DNA of 64,000 nt from Myxococcota bacterium (GTDB taxonomy: Bacteria > Myxococcota_A > SURF-8 > G963663525): assembly GCA_963676915.2 (NCBI GenBank), contig CAXXVK010000043.1, positions 1 to 64,000 of the forward strand, read 5' to 3'. Below the pieces are notes generated by a model. The model was not told the origin of the DNA. It saw only the letters and a program-made list of their open reading frames with translations, and did no database searches. The translations under genes and the position numbers were made by a program. Below are positions 1 to 12,011 of this stretch, piece after piece; the first letter of the stretch is position 1; every line of letters begins with the position of its first letter.

Positions 1-94
1 AAAATCCCGCCTCCAGGCGATTTTTAAACCAGGAGGCATAGTAAGCGGGAAGGTCTGTGCGTCGGCTGGCCGAGATCAACAGCGGCGAGGTCAT
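1..94 (-). CDS. DUF1848 domain protein (radical-SAM-like), N-terminus only; runs off window start
   Basis: Manual translation from ATG at 94: MTSPLLISASRRTDLPAYYASWFKNRLEAGF, matching the IISASRRTDIPAFY..WF.NRL..G start of DUF1848. Not in the ORF track. Confidence 0.8.
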   Translation of the reverse strand, partial: MTSPLLISASRRTDLPAYYASWFKNRLEAGF

Positions 95-2445
95 CGCGTT
101 TCCCCGTTCAGGGAACAGTCCGACGGCTGGAGCGGGAGAAGGCTGCAAGCTGTTGCCGATATCGAGGCCGATTTTGTCTTCGGTGTAGAGATATCGGTAG
201 GTTCCGAACGTCCGCAGCACCCGTTTCGTGTATAGCGGGTTTCGCGATAGGGAATCGATTCGATGAACTCGTCCAGCGCTACGTTCGGATCGTGCGCACC
301 CAGCGTCGTACGGCGGTGCTCCCGGCGTTGTAGGAGGCAATCGCCAGGGGAGCATACCATCCCATTCCCGCATCAGTTGCGCCAGGTGAAACGCTCCGAA
401 ACGAATGGCGGTCGGCGGCTGCTTGAGGCTCTCGAAATCGAAGATTCGTCCCGATATCCCGTGCAATGCCCGTCCGGTGCTTTCGATGATCTGCATCAGG
501 CCCAATGCTTTCGCCGGAGACATTACATCGGCCTGAAACGAGCTTTCCTCGCGCATGATGGCGTGGACGAACCATGGTTCCAAACCGTTTTTGGCGGCGT
601 TGGATTCGACGAGATCCTTGTATGGACGCGGGTAGGCCAGCAGCCAGAGGGATCGTTTTCCCGGTTGAGGCCAGGTGAACATCCAGTCTTTGTGCTCTAC
701 CCGTGGAATCCAGGACTGAACTGGTAGTTGCCTACACGGTTGAAAGTCCATGAAGCGATCCAGGGCAGAGTATCGGGAAATCCCGTGTGTTTGAGCAGGT
801 GTTCCATTCTCGGCGGGCTTCGTACTCCAGACCGAGTTCCGTGAATTCTATGGCTCGCCGCACGCCGGGAATCGCACGTTCTCGGCGAACATCCAGGTTA
901 AGGTCGTCGCCGTGTGAATCTCAAGCCATTTAGGGTCTTTCTTCGTGATTTCAGGAGGTTCGAAGCCTGCTTCTTCCAGTCGCGCCAACGCTTGCATACC
1001 ATAGTAGCTCAGAGGATAGACCTCCACCAGTCGGGACCAGATTTTCGCGGCCTGGACACTTTTCCCTGTTTCGCCAGGATTCGAGCGTCCAGTAATACGC
1101 TTGCTGGGCGTCTACAGTGTCGGGTCTGATGCGTTGAATCGTTCGAAGAATCCGTTGCGATTGTTCGTATTTGTCTTTTTGATAAAGCGACCATGCGGCG
1201 AACCATGCCGCGTTGTCTGCGTGCTTACAAGTGGGGAAGTCCTCGAAAACACGGATGTATTGCGTTACGGGCGGCTTGCTCGTTTCGGCATTGTGATAGG
1301 CACGAGCGGCAAGGTAACGAGCATCGCAGGCCAGAGGATGCTTGGGATGATGGCTAAAAAGCGGTCCGCCGCCTTGACGGCGTTGTCGTATTCGTTTTTC
1401 CGCAGATAGGAACGGACGATCAGGTACCGGGCTTCGCCTTCGTGTCTTTGTCCGCGTGGGTGTTCATCACCTGCTGTGCAAGATAAATCGCGTCGGTGTA
1501 GCGACGTGAACTGCTGCGGTTCGAGAATTTGGCCTGTGCCATATCCAGCGTGATATCTCCCCGCAAACGGCTGTTGGCTTGTCCCAGCAGGTTTCGTGCT
1601 TCGTTGTATTTGCGATAAGCCGACTTGTACCAGTAGATCTTATCAGGTCATCGCCTTCTTTTCGCAACCGTTCGATATCACGATACATTCTGTTTTTCGG
1701 ATGGCCGTGAAGGATGCTGTAGGCTCGTGTCCATATGAGGTTTCGGGAAATTCTTTTGCCAGTTTTTCGAACATCTCCCGCGCCGGTCGTTTTTCAGCTT
1801 TGGTAAATTTTTCCCAACTCCCAAAGGGCGATAGCTTGCATGAATGCTCGGGGTAGACGAGTAGAAGCTGTTCGAAAACACCCGCCCGCTTCTTCCGCCC
1901 GGTCGAGACGCACGAGGCATTCTCCCCGGCGAAACATGGCTTCGGTATAAAACCGGTTGTCCACGGGAATTGTTCCAATAGCGAAAGCGCTTCACTCCAT
2001 CGACTTTCCCGAACGGCTTCCTCGGCCAGTTGAAATTGGCGTAAGGAGCTAGCAAAGGATAGGATTTGCTGAGGATTTTCCAGTGTTTGGAGGCTTCTTC
2101 AGGTTGATTCACTCGGATGTATTCATGGCCAGCTTGAAACGCAGACGTGTCCGGCGCAGAGGGTCCGGTTCGTCGGAAATGGCCGATTTAAGCAATTCGA
2201 TGCAAAGCTCCGCTCGTTGATCGTTCGTGAACATGCGCTGGCTAACCCGGAGTTTCGGTTTCGTCGAGCAGAGGGTGAATTTCGAGATCCCCGAGTCTGT
2301 GACTTGTATAAAACTCCGAAAGGTCGGCAGGTTCCGTCTTTTCGGTTTTGTCGGGAAAAGCGGCAGCGCTTGCGTCGGAGGATTCCGGCGATGGAGAAGC
2401 GGCGGCAAGCAAGGAAAAAAGAAAAACGATGGGCAAAGCATTCAT
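91..2445 (-). CDS. slt: Soluble lytic murein transglycosylase (Slt70-like, helical-repeat region + SLT domain), broken by many frameshifts in this sequence
   Basis: SLT motifs lie in different frames: PLAIASYNAG..AVRRW (ORF 279..575) and LDEFIESIPYRETR (ORF 91..360). Signal-peptide-like start MNALPIVFLFSLLAAA at 2445. Helical fragments lie between. Exact stop uncertain. Confidence 0.75.
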
Positions 2446-2626
2446 GGGGGATACTTGAGGACAAAAGGTTACATTCATCACACGAATATTTTGATTATAG
2501 CTTGGCTTCGCTTTATACGCAACCGCGAAGCACTTTTGGTTTTCGAATTCTGTAACCTATAGAAAATATTAGAAAATATCCAGGATGAAAAAGAAACGAC
2601 AAGCCGAAAAGTCGCCGGAATTTCCT

Positions 2627-5005
2627 TTATTGCGGAGTTACGCAAATGCCTTTCCAGCATACACGAACCGTCAGTCGCGCAGTCGGTTTCTTCGATCTGC
2701 ATTCCGCATTCGCAGATGATGCGAATGTCGCCTTCTTTCGAGCAGATAGGTGTAAAGGTGGGATTCATCACAGTTTTTTCCGGTAATTCGGAAAATGCGA
2801 AGGACGAAACCGAGGTGTTGATGTCGTCGAGGCGTATGCGTTGAACTCGAAGAGGTGATCGTAGCTCACCGAATCGCCGTTTTTGTCGTTCAAGGTTGCG
2901 GCGGTTATCCACGGGGTGCCGGAAATTTCGTACTCTAGGTCGGAAAGCTCCAAGGGAAGTTGCACAGCGATAATTTCGTTCTCCGCACCTGGGGGAGCAT
3001 ATACGGACCAGTATTTTCGAAAACCTTTGGTGGGGAAATCTGCCGTAAACGTCGTTCGAACAAACGTGGCGTCTGGGTGAGCGTCCGCCGTGAAGGCCAG
3101 GCCGTCGGTAGCGTCGTAATTCATGCAGGTTACGAAGTCGGTGAAGTCCGGGGAGTCCAAGTAGAGGCCATCTACGGGTATGCTTTCAAAACGATGCACA
3201 AAACCGGAAAGCCGGATGTCGTCGCCATCGAGCAATTCCTCGGCATTTGTGGCGGCGGAAATCACGTAATAGGGAAACCCGGCCAGACCTGAATGCTGCG
3301 CCGCATATCTGATCGGCATCGCTTCGATGGAGTCGATTCGACCGTTTTTGTCGGAATCCATCTGGATGCCTAGTCCGAGCGGTACGAAGCCAACGCCGGT
3401 TTGCATGGCACCGACTATGGTAAACACCGTGTCCGCCGGGAGATTTTCGTATGAAACGTTGATCGAGCGGTCCTGAGGTTTTGCGGCTTGCAAGCCGTTG
3501 AAAGGAGTGAGGTTTTCGAAATACGTGGGAACGCCGATGGAAGACTGTGTTTTGGCTACGGCGGGAAGATCCAAGTCTGTTTTCAGGGCATGCCACAGAT
3601 CGTCTTGAATGTAGGGAGGACGATAGCGAGAACATCACCGATGGGGATATCGTCAAGGTCCGCCGATCAAAGGTGCAATCTTTCCGATAAGTTCGTTCAT
3701 CGGCATTTTTTCCGGCGAGACTCCAGGCGGTGGTCGGACATCGACGGAGGTTGAATCGCGGTGAATTTCGACTTGAACCATGTGTCGGATAGCGATAGCT
3801 CCAAACCGTAGGGTAAGTCTAGAATCTCGTCGCAAACGGAGCCGATCTTGATTTTCCACCGGCGTTCGGTCCGTAACGGATTTTTCATGATAAAATCGAT
3901 CAAATCCCCCTGTAAAGCAAACGCTGTGAATGCTACCCGACATCGTTTTCAGAATGGCGGGAGGCATTTTGCTGACATCCACTCGTCCTCGGATGCCTTC
4001 GACAACGTTAGTTGCTTCATGCATGGAAAGTGGAATCAGCAGGTTGTGGCTTTCACTCCGAATGCTGAGAGGTAATTGTACCTGCCATGGAAAACGTGGA
4101 GGTCGCAGCCCTCGGTGCTGCAATCGCCGGTTCCGATGTAATGCCTGGATCTTCAGGATTTTCGGGTATTTGTTGCTGTCCTGAAAAGGACCTTCGCGTC
4201 GGCGATCAAATCTTCGGTTTTTTCGTCGTATAGCACCACACGGATTTGTCCGTCCGGTACGGTGGGGAAAACACGTAGGAAACCTCATCGGTACCACTCA
4301 TACCGGTGACTTTCACTGTGACAAAGCCTTCTCCGGTACCGGTTAAAATGGCGGCTCCAGGTTCGTTTTCGTCAGAAACGATGGTTGCGGCATCGCCTTC
4401 GGAAATGGTCCATGTGTACATTGTTGCGAGAGAACTTGAGTCGTATTGTATAACCGCACCGCTCGGGTGGTAGGCCGTGACAGTCAATTGCAATGTGTCG
4501 CCTTCCATTAAAAAGCCATCACCCTCGTTGATTTCCAATGTAATAGGAATGGGTCGCGATAATATGACACAAGAGCCTTCTACACAAATTACACCGGCTT
4601 CGTGGCATTCTGCATCGGCTTGCAAGGTTTCGGGTAGCATAGTTTGTCTTCACCACAGGCGAATTTATAACTTGCAGGGTTTTTATTACTGTTGCCGTAA
4701 GAGTAGAGAGCTTCGCATGTTTCGTCGGACCCGTTCGGGCATTCTACCTCCATGCAAACATGCTCTTCATCGTGGCAGGCTTGCCGCTGGAGCATCCTCG
4801 ATCGCTTGAGCAGGAAAGGATGTCCATAGAAAGATCTGCGTCGATTTCCGTCGGACTCCGAGGTGTCTTCTTCCGGTACTGCATCGCGGTCCGCATTGGC
4901 GTTGTCGAAGAGGTTTTCCTCGCCGTCATCGGAACATGCTGGGGTAAAGGCCAACAGTCCTGCCAATAGAATACCGAGAAAGAGCAAGGTTTTGCTTTTT
5001 GTCAT
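2627..5005 (-). CDS. Cys-rich/Ig-like lipoprotein, paralog 1 (multiply frameshifted; error or pseudogene)
   Basis: Lipobox MTKSKTLL...FTPAC. Fragments 4589..5005, 4206..4640, 3653..4297, 2768..3574 and 2478..2912 are collinear with paralog 2 (e.g. VGAMQTGVGFVPLGLG.QMDSDKNG, YA.QHSGL.GFPYYV). Inferred stop TAA at 2627-2629 after ..CWKGICVTPQ. Confidence 0.7.
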
Positions 5006-5082
5006 GTTCTATTCCTTGTTGACGCGATGATTCACTCCAAGTGTATAGTTCATAATAAACGATTCGTAAGAGAAAGAACACC

Positions 5083-5120
5083 AAAAAAAACGGGCATCCG
5101 AAAATTTCGGATGCCCGTTT
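5083..5120 (-). terminator. Intrinsic terminator after paralog 2
   Basis: AAACGGGCATCCG / CGGATGCCCGTTT stem with a T8 tail on the minus strand. Confidence 0.85.
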
Positions 5121-5177
5121 GAAGAGGCTTCGGAACCCCATAAAAGAGGTTCCGGGATGATCAGCTAAACGCGGTTC

Positions 5178-7563
5178 TTACTGAGCCACGCAGGCGCCGC
5201 CCTGGCAGATCTGGCCGTCGGCGGTGCAGTCGGTTTCCATCTGGACACCGCATTCGCAGGTGGTCAGGACTTTGCCTTCGCCATCGCAAACAGCCTGGAA
5301 GGTGTCGTCGCAGTCCTTCTCGGGAAGTTCGGAGAACGCAAAGGCGGAAACCATGTCGTTCATGCCGTCGATGTTGGTGCTGTTGAACTCGAAGAGTCCA
5401 TCATAGCTCACCAGGTTGCCATCGGCGTCGTTAAGAACGACAGCGGAGATCAGAGGATTGTCCACGCGGGTGTATTCCACGTCCGTCAGACCGGCGGGAA
5501 CTTCGGCCATGACCGTTTCGCCAGCGGCTCCAGGAGGAGCATACACGAACCAGTATTTCCGTACGCCGGCATCATCGAAGTCCGCCGAGAAGGAGGCGCG
5601 GATGAAGGTGGCGTCGGGGTTGGCGTCGGCGGTGAAGGCCACGCCGTTGGAGGCGTCGTAGTTCGTGCAGGGTCACGAAGTCGGCGAAGTTCGGGGAGGT
5701 CATGTTAAGACCGTCTTCCGGAAGAGTCGCATAGCGATCCACGGCACCGGACAGGGCGAGGTTGCCACCATCGAGCAGAGCATCGATGTTCGCGGCAGCG
5801 GAAACCACGTAGTACGGGAAGCCGGAGAGACCGGAGTGCTGAGGCGCGTATTTGACCGGCAGCGCTTCGGAAGAGTCGATTTTACCGTTCTTGTCCGAGT
5901 CCATCTGGGCACCCAGTCCGAGAGGCACGAAGCCTACGCCGGTCTGCATGGCGCCAACGAGGGTGATGACCGCATCGGCGTTGGGCAGGTTTTCATACAG
6001 GGCGTTGATGGTACGATCCATCGGTTTCGCCATGGCAAGGTCGGTGACCGACTGGAGGTTCTCCAAGTAGGTCGGCTCTTGTTCTTCGCCTTCACCGGTG
6101 TAGGTTTTGGCAACGGTGTCGAGTTCGAGACCCGGCTTCAGGCCGTGCCACATATCGTCTTGCAGGTAAGGCAGGGGCGATGGCGAGGATTTCGCCGATG
6201 GGCAGGTTGTCGAGGTCACCGATCAAGGGGGCGACTTTACCGATCAACTCGTTCAGAGGAAGCTTACCACCGAGGCTCCATGCCGTGGCCGTGCCATCGA
6301 CGGGGGGCTTGCATCGCGTAGAAGTTTTCTTTCATCCAGTTGCCGGAAAGCGACAGTTCCAATCCGGAAGGCCAGCGGCACGGTTTCGTTGAGGACGGAG
6401 CCGAGCTTGACTTCGGTCGGGATCATTTCGCCGAGCAGGCTCATGACCTGGAGGTCGATCAGGTTGCCGGGAATCGCGAACGCGGTGATCGCAACGCCAA
6501 CATCGTTCTTCAGGATCGCCGGAGGCATTTTGCTCATGTCAGCCTGGCCTTTGATACCTTCGACCGAATCGATGATTTCGTTGGCGGTCAACGGGATCAG
6601 CACGTTGCTGGTGGCCACGCCTAAGGCCGAAACGTAGTTGTAATCCGCGTGGAACACGTGGAAATCACAGCCACCGGAGCAATCGACGGTCTTGGTGTAG
6701 ACATCGGTTCCACCCGCATCACCGGTCATTTCTTCTTGACCCACGTACACTTTCGCGTCGCCGATCAATTCACCGGATTTGTCGTCGTACAGCACGACGC
6801 GGACATCACCGGCGGTCACGGCGCCGAAGACCTGGTAGGAAACTTCAGCACTGGCGCTACCGGCAGCGACTTTGACTTTGACTTTACCGGTTTCGGTACC
6901 GGAAAGAATCGCGGCGCCGGCGGTATCGGCGTCGGCGGCCACGGTAGCGGCGGTGCCTTCGGAGATCGACCAGGTGTACATGGTGGCCAAGGAGCCGGGG
7001 TCGAACTGAAGGATGGCACCGCTCTGATGGTAAGCAGTGACGGTCAGTTGCAGGTCGCCGCCTTCGGTCAGCATACCGTTGCCCTGGTTGATTTCGAGCT
7101 TGGCGATGTCGTCGGGGCTACCGGCTTTGGTGCAGGTGCCTTCAACGCAGATGATACCGGCGGTGGCGCAGTCGGTGTCGGCCGTGCAGGCCAGCGGGTA
7201 GCAGAGGCTATCACCGGCGCAGGCATACATGTAGTTGGAAGCATTGGCGGCGTCGCCGTACGGATACAGCGCTTCGCACTCTGTGTCGGTGCCTTCGGGG
7301 CATTCGGCTTCGACGCAGATGCCGAGCACGTCGTGGCAGGATTCGCCGTCGGGGCATTCGCTGTCTTCGGCGCACAGTCCGTCATCCGGATCGTCCGTGG
7401 TGTCATCTTCACTACCGGCGACTTCGTCGTCATCGCCACCCGTGACGTTGTCCGAGTCCGGGTTGGTTTGGGGGTTGTCATCGCTGTCATCGGAGCAACC
7501 GGCAAACGCCAGCAGGCCGATCAACAGGACGAACAGAAACAGTAAACTCTTGGTTTTCGTCAT
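5178..7563 (-). CDS. Cys-rich/Ig-like lipoprotein, paralog 2 (frameshifts near 5670 and 6180-6370)
   Basis: AAGGAGG RBS upstream of ATG 7563. Lipobox LAFAGC, acidic linker, CxxDxxC repeats, Ig(Big_2)-like domain and Cys-rich C-terminus. Split across ORFs 6253..7608, 5572..6219 and 5178..5642. Confidence 0.8.
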
Positions 7564-7701
7564 TTCCCTTTTCCTCCTTAAATGGTTGCCAATACAAACT
7601 TTCAGCACAAATCCGCTGTTTTCAATGGTTTACAGCGTTTTCCAGAAATCCTGTCTTTCATCGCAGCGTGCGATTGCGCGCGTTTCTATCAATGAGAGTG
7701 C

Positions 7702-7730
7702 TAACTACCTTAAAATGCTTGGGATGTCAA
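7702..7730 (-). promoter_or_regulatory. Sigma70-type promoter for paralog 2
   Basis: Minus strand TTGACA-N17-TAGTTA about 140 bp upstream of ATG 7563. Confidence 0.55.
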
Positions 7731-7810
7731 GCACTGAATAGAAAAACGACAATCACTAATTTTCTTTTTCCCCTCTTCCTCCTTTCATCCTCGGGGGGCT
7801 TTTTTCGTTA

Positions 7811-10057
7811 TTATTCGCTTTTCGTTACAGTAAAATGTGAATAACGTGATGCGTATCTCCCGGTTCGATGCAAGGGTCGATCATTGAAAGCGACCAGTTC
7901 TTCATAGGTTGCATTTTCCAAATCGATGGCCTGCACGCGGAACTCTTCTGCAAATGGATCGTCGATTTCCATCGCCGGAAGCTTGAAACTGAGTTCTTCT
8001 CCATCCTGCGTTCCCGGTCCCAACCAGACTTCCCACTTGCGACCGCCGTCTTCGCCGAAAACGACCCGGTAGAGATCGGCACCTTCCACGGCGAACAGAG
8101 AAACCTCTCGCTCTTCGACATCGCACAAGGTCATAGGTACTAGTTTGAGAAACGGTTGAGCTTCGACCGTTTCGGGTTCACGAGAATGCCTCGATATCAC
8201 GACGGAAAATGCTCCGAGGGTTTCCGAATGATCGAACAGACGAGCCAGGGGAGCGGCAATGGTCATCAGCACGTATTCTCCCCGCAACCCTCCGTATTTG
8301 GACGCAAAAGGCACTTCCAGCGGTTGAGCCAGTTCCATGGGTTGAGGAACCGTTTCCACTCTCTCGACGTTTCCTTCGTCGTCCTCGGTATCATAGACGA
8401 TGGATTCCCCCAACCCCAGCGACATACCCAGCGGCATGAAGGATTCCGAGTTGAGGTAGGCACCTGCGATAACCATGGCCCCGTCCATTTCGTTCGACGC
8501 GAACCAGGGAAGCGGGGCTACGGATACACTGGCCATGCGGTTCATTCGTTGTCGGAGCCGGATCAGGTCGTCCAGCGGCTCGAACGCACTATAATAAGGA
8601 ACTAGGTCTGTTTCAATGCCATTGGCGTTGAGATCCGGTCCCAGCGTGGATTCTCCCTGCTCGCCGTCGTCCAGCACGCGGGGAAGATCCGCCAGTGTTA
8701 CGCCGCTGATGCTTCCGTGCATGGTCTGTTCGGGAGCCAACAGCGCGGAAACGAAAGCCGCCGAGGACGCCGACCAGCCGTTTTCCAGGGCGGCTTCGGT
8801 CCAGATGGTCAAGTCGTCGAGCGGCAGATACCCGCCCCATCCCCAGACCACGGAGCTTTCGCTGTCTCCGGTCACGTAAACCGAAAGCGATTCCTGGCTG
8901 GGAATGTCGGCCAGCGCAAAATTAGCCGGAACCGATTCGACCGAATCGTCCAGGCTTTTTACCGGAAAACCGCTTTTGCGCATGGGTTCGGCGAAAAGCT
9001 GGCTCGGGCCGATATCCAATAGTGATTGGCTGTAGACGGTTCCGGCCAGAGCGAATCCGCTGGAGGCTTTGAGGTCCGGGTGGAACAAGCTAAGATCCAG
9101 TTCCGCTTCGACTCCTGCCGTTCGATTCGCCTGGGAAGCCGGGTGGAGAGGAATCAGCAGATCGTTCGAAGAAATGCCGATGGCCGAAACGGCGTCGTAG
9201 TCCAGATGAAAAACGTGAAGATCGGCAGGAAATTCAACATCTTCGAAGCGAGCAACGCCTGCATTGACCTGATCGGACGTCACTTGCATCTTTGAACCCA
9301 AGTAAACGGCGGCACTATCGATGGGATCGCCTGTAGTTGCGTCCACGACAATGACTCTTGCTCCGCTTTCCACGGGGGGATAGTTGGTCAGAGTCAGGGT
9401 GTCACGCAGAGATTTTCCCGCACAATTCACATCGTCGAATTGAACTTCCCCATAAATCGTCGTCGTACCTTCTTCCGTTCCACCGATCGCAACGCCGGTT
9501 TCGGTATCGACACCAACCACGCTCGAATTGAGGGAAGTCCACTGGAGCGTCCGGTTAGGGATGATCGTTCCCGCCGAATCATACACCGCAGCCGACAGCG
9601 AAAGTGCCTGACCGGAACGAATGTAGGGGAGAACCGGAGAGATTCGAATGTCGGTGATGGCTTCGCACGAGGGATATTCGTGGCAGCGTCCTGCGGTGCA
9701 GTAGGACTCGTCGGAGCAATCGGCGTGTTCCGCACAGGCCGTCATCAGGCACAAGCCTTCGTCACAGTATCGATGCGTTCCGTACGAAGCGTGGCAGTCT
9801 TCATCCTTGGTGCATTCCAGCGTACGGCAAAGCAATTGCTGAGAATCGCACAGAGAACCTTCGGGGCAACTCCAGTCTGCGGCGCAGGCGCTTAGCGATG
9901 AACCGGCGGTACTGTCGTCGGCAGCATTTTGTTCGGTTCCACCGGAAGCCGCGTCGTCGGAACAAGCCGCCAGACCGATGAACAACCACAGGACGAGTAC
10001 CTGTTTCCAGGAATTATCCCCTCGGTTGGTGTACGATCCAATGGTTCTTCTCATCAA
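7811..10057 (-). CDS. Cys-rich/Ig-like lipoprotein, paralog 3 (intact, diverged)
   Basis: 748-aa ORF with lipobox LAAC and CxxDxxC repeats. Shares DLHVFHxDYxxVSAxGxxxxxLLIPL and FxPLGxxxG motifs with paralogs 1 and 2. Confidence 0.85.
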   Translation of the reverse strand: MMRRTIGSYTNRGDNSWKQVLVLWLFIGLAACSDDAASGGTEQNAADDSTAGSSLSACAADWSCPEGSLCDSQQLLCRTLECTKDEDCHASYGTHRYCDEGLCLMTACAEHADCSDESYCTAGRCHEYPSCEAITDIRISPVLPYIRSGQALSLSAAVYDSAGTIIPNRTLQWTSLNSSVVGVDTETGVAIGGTEEGTTTIYGEVQFDDVNCAGKSLRDTLTLTNYPPVESGARVIVVDATTGDPIDSAAVYLGSKMQVTSDQVNAGVARFEDVEFPADLHVFHLDYDAVSAIGISSNDLLIPLHPASQANRTAGVEAELDLSLFHPDLKASSGFALAGTVYSQSLLDIGPSQLFAEPMRKSGFPVKSLDDSVESVPANFALADIPSQESLSVYVTGDSESSVVWGWGGYLPLDDLTIWTEAALENGWSASSAAFVSALLAPEQTMHGSISGVTLADLPRVLDDGEQGESTLGPDLNANGIETDLVPYYSAFEPLDDLIRLRQRMNRMASVSVAPLPWFASNEMDGAMVIAGAYLNSESFMPLGMSLGLGESIVYDTEDDEGNVERVETVPQPMELAQPLEVPFASKYGGLRGEYVLMTIAAPLARLFDHSETLGAFSVVISRHSREPETVEAQPFLKLVPMTLCDVEEREVSLFAVEGADLYRVVFGEDGGRKWEVWLGPGTQDGEELSFKLPAMEIDDPFAEEFRVQAIDLENATYEELVAFNDRPLHRTGRYASRYSHFTVTKSE

Positions 10058-10151
10058 TGCGATACCGCTACGGTTGGGTTTTCAAGAAAGCTCTTGCTTG
10101 TAACCGAACTTGCCTTGGCGCGCAACCGCCAAAAAGGCAAAAGACATATCA

Positions 10152-10167
10152 AGCAAGATCCTGGCCA
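10152..10167 (-). promoter_or_regulatory. Candidate sigma54 (-24/-12) promoter for paralog 3
   Basis: Minus strand TGGCCAGGATCTTGCT = GG-N10-GC, close to consensus TGGCAC-N5-TTGCW, about 95 bp upstream of the start. Confidence 0.55.
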
Positions 10168-10511
10168 AAACGCTGGAAAGCTAACTTGCCGATTTCACAA
10201 GGTATTCGAATTCCCTCTTCCTACAATTTCGAAAAGAGGTTTTTTGCAACCCAATGAGAATTGGGCGGAAAAGGGAGAATATTTACGAAATCATGTCCTT
10301 GTCTCGAAGGATAGTACGTCGGTATTTGGAGTTTCCGAGTCCGGTAATTTTAGTAATTGGTACAAAAACACGCATCCATTCTCAACAAAAACAGAAGGAA
10401 ATAAGCATTTTCCGGCGGCAAGAATGTCACAAGTGTCAATCCTTCATGACAATTCTATACAACTGGTGCTTAAGTTTTCGTTAAGCAATGGCTGGAAACT
10501 CTGCCGGCTAT

Positions 10512-10544
10512 AAAAAAAGCACCTCCAATGTTACGGAGGTGCTT
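10512..10544 (-). terminator. Intrinsic terminator of the porin-lipoprotein operon
   Basis: AAGCACCTCC / GGAGGTGCTT stem plus a T-run on the minus strand. Confidence 0.8.
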
Positions 10545-10571
10545 GAGAATACGATGCTTTTTTCGTAGCGC

Positions 10572-11987
10572 TTACTCCGGGTCGGCAATGTCTTCAAGGA
10601 AGGGAGTGTAGGACAACCAATTTCCTTCGACATTATGATCGGCCATCACGTCATCGCAAGTTGCGTTCGGTTCCATTCGTAACAGACGGAAATAACTACG
10701 ATTTACGTCCGGGTGCATGATGACTTCCAGGTCGTAAACCATGCCTTCGGTCGATCCGCTCAACTGGTATTGGAGGTTCTCGTTGGGCAACAGGCCGCTC
10801 ATGTGGTCGTTGTCGATGATTTTACCGTCGAGAGCGCAGGACCATCGTTGGTTGTGGTAGGTTTCCTGGTTTTCCAGCGCACCGATTCCGATGTTGGTGT
10901 ATCCGGGATTTCCATCCTCGTCCGGGTCGGTGATGCGACAGTCGGGATCGTCTTTCTTTTCATCCCAGGGAACGCAGGTGGCTTCGTAATCCGCTCGGCT
11001 GGGTAAGGGGTCGTTTTCGTAATCGTCGAGTCGTGCTCCACGGACTTCGAGCGATTCCGTGGTCTTGAACGTAGCGCCAGCCGCATAAGCCGGAGGCGTC
11101 TCGATGACGTGCTTAAGCACTTTCACGTTGTCGTAATACGAGGGCGGAATGATGAGCTGACCGAGGTCTTCACCGACTTCGTAAACTTTATCATCGTCGA
11201 AGTTGCGCATTTCCATGTAGCACATATGAGAATCGAAAATGACCTGACCGTTTTCGTCCAGGCTGGCACGAGTGAGGGTTACGTGGAATGAAACGGTGTC
11301 CTGGTAGGCACGCAGCGGAATACCGGTGGAGCGGGCTGCCGTGACCATGATGCCACCCCAAACACCCACATAATCGTCCGTCGTGGCCGCTTCGGCTTCT
11401 CCGTAGTCGATGGCGTCACCCACTTCGCATTTGCCTTCCTCGGAGCAGGTGTAAATCCATCCGAAATCCAGGCAATCCCGATTTCCACAGAATTCTCGCC
11501 ATCCCAGTTCCACACATTCTTCCGGGGTTTTGTATCGGCAGGTTTCGTCTACCACCACCACATCGTTCGCTTCGGTGTGGGCGGGCGGGTTGCCGTTTTT
11601 ATCCAGGCCGTTTTCATCCAGGCACTGGTAGTTTACACAGGTCATTACGCCTCTGCACTCCGTAGACCTGGGATCTATCATGCAATCATCGTAATAAAGG
11701 GCGTTAGCACAGCAGGTTTCGTTGCCGGGATCACCCTTTTTGACGGTCGGGCAGCACGTGACGATCGGCGCAGTCTGCCAGCAATCCTCGTCGGCGCGAC
11801 ATTCGGCTTCACAGAAATTAAGAGAATTACAGTAGCCATAGGGAAGGCAGTCCTGGTTTTTCGTGCAGGTGAGATAACCAAGATTTTCTACATCGATTTT
11901 CTTGCCATCTTCGGTTTCACAACCGAAGAAAACAACCATCGCCGCCAGGGCGAAAACGATTTTCAGAGTCAACTTCGTGTATTGCAT
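10572..11987 (-). CDS. Cys-rich lipoprotein of unknown function
   Basis: 471 aa, lipobox FFGC, Cys-rich N-half, DPDEDGNPG Ca-binding-like motif. GGGAGG RBS. Confidence 0.85.
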   Translation of the reverse strand: MQYTKLTLKIVFALAAMVVFFGCETEDGKKIDVENLGYLTCTKNQDCLPYGYCNSLNFCEAECRADEDCWQTAPIVTCCPTVKKGDPGNETCCANALYYDDCMIDPRSTECRGVMTCVNYQCLDENGLDKNGNPPAHTEANDVVVVDETCRYKTPEECVELGWREFCGNRDCLDFGWIYTCSEEGKCEVGDAIDYGEAEAATTDDYVGVWGGIMVTAARSTGIPLRAYQDTVSFHVTLTRASLDENGQVIFDSHMCYMEMRNFDDDKVYEVGEDLGQLIIPPSYYDNVKVLKHVIETPPAYAAGATFKTTESLEVRGARLDDYENDPLPSRADYEATCVPWDEKKDDPDCRITDPDEDGNPGYTNIGIGALENQETYHNQRWSCALDGKIIDNDHMSGLLPNENLQYQLSGSTEGMVYDLEVIMHPDVNRSYFRLLRMEPNATCDDVMADHNVEGNWLSYTPFLEDIADPE

Positions 11988-12011
11988 CGGTTTTCCTCCC
12001 GTGATCCGCGA

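Noticed and set aside
5665-7545. Plus-strand ORFs of 218 and 298 aa
   Set aside because: Antisense shadows of the codon-biased lipoprotein paralog 2.
7696-7704. CIRCE (HrcA) operator
   Set aside because: Only the GAGTGCTAA half-site is present; the partner half at 9-bp spacing is absent.
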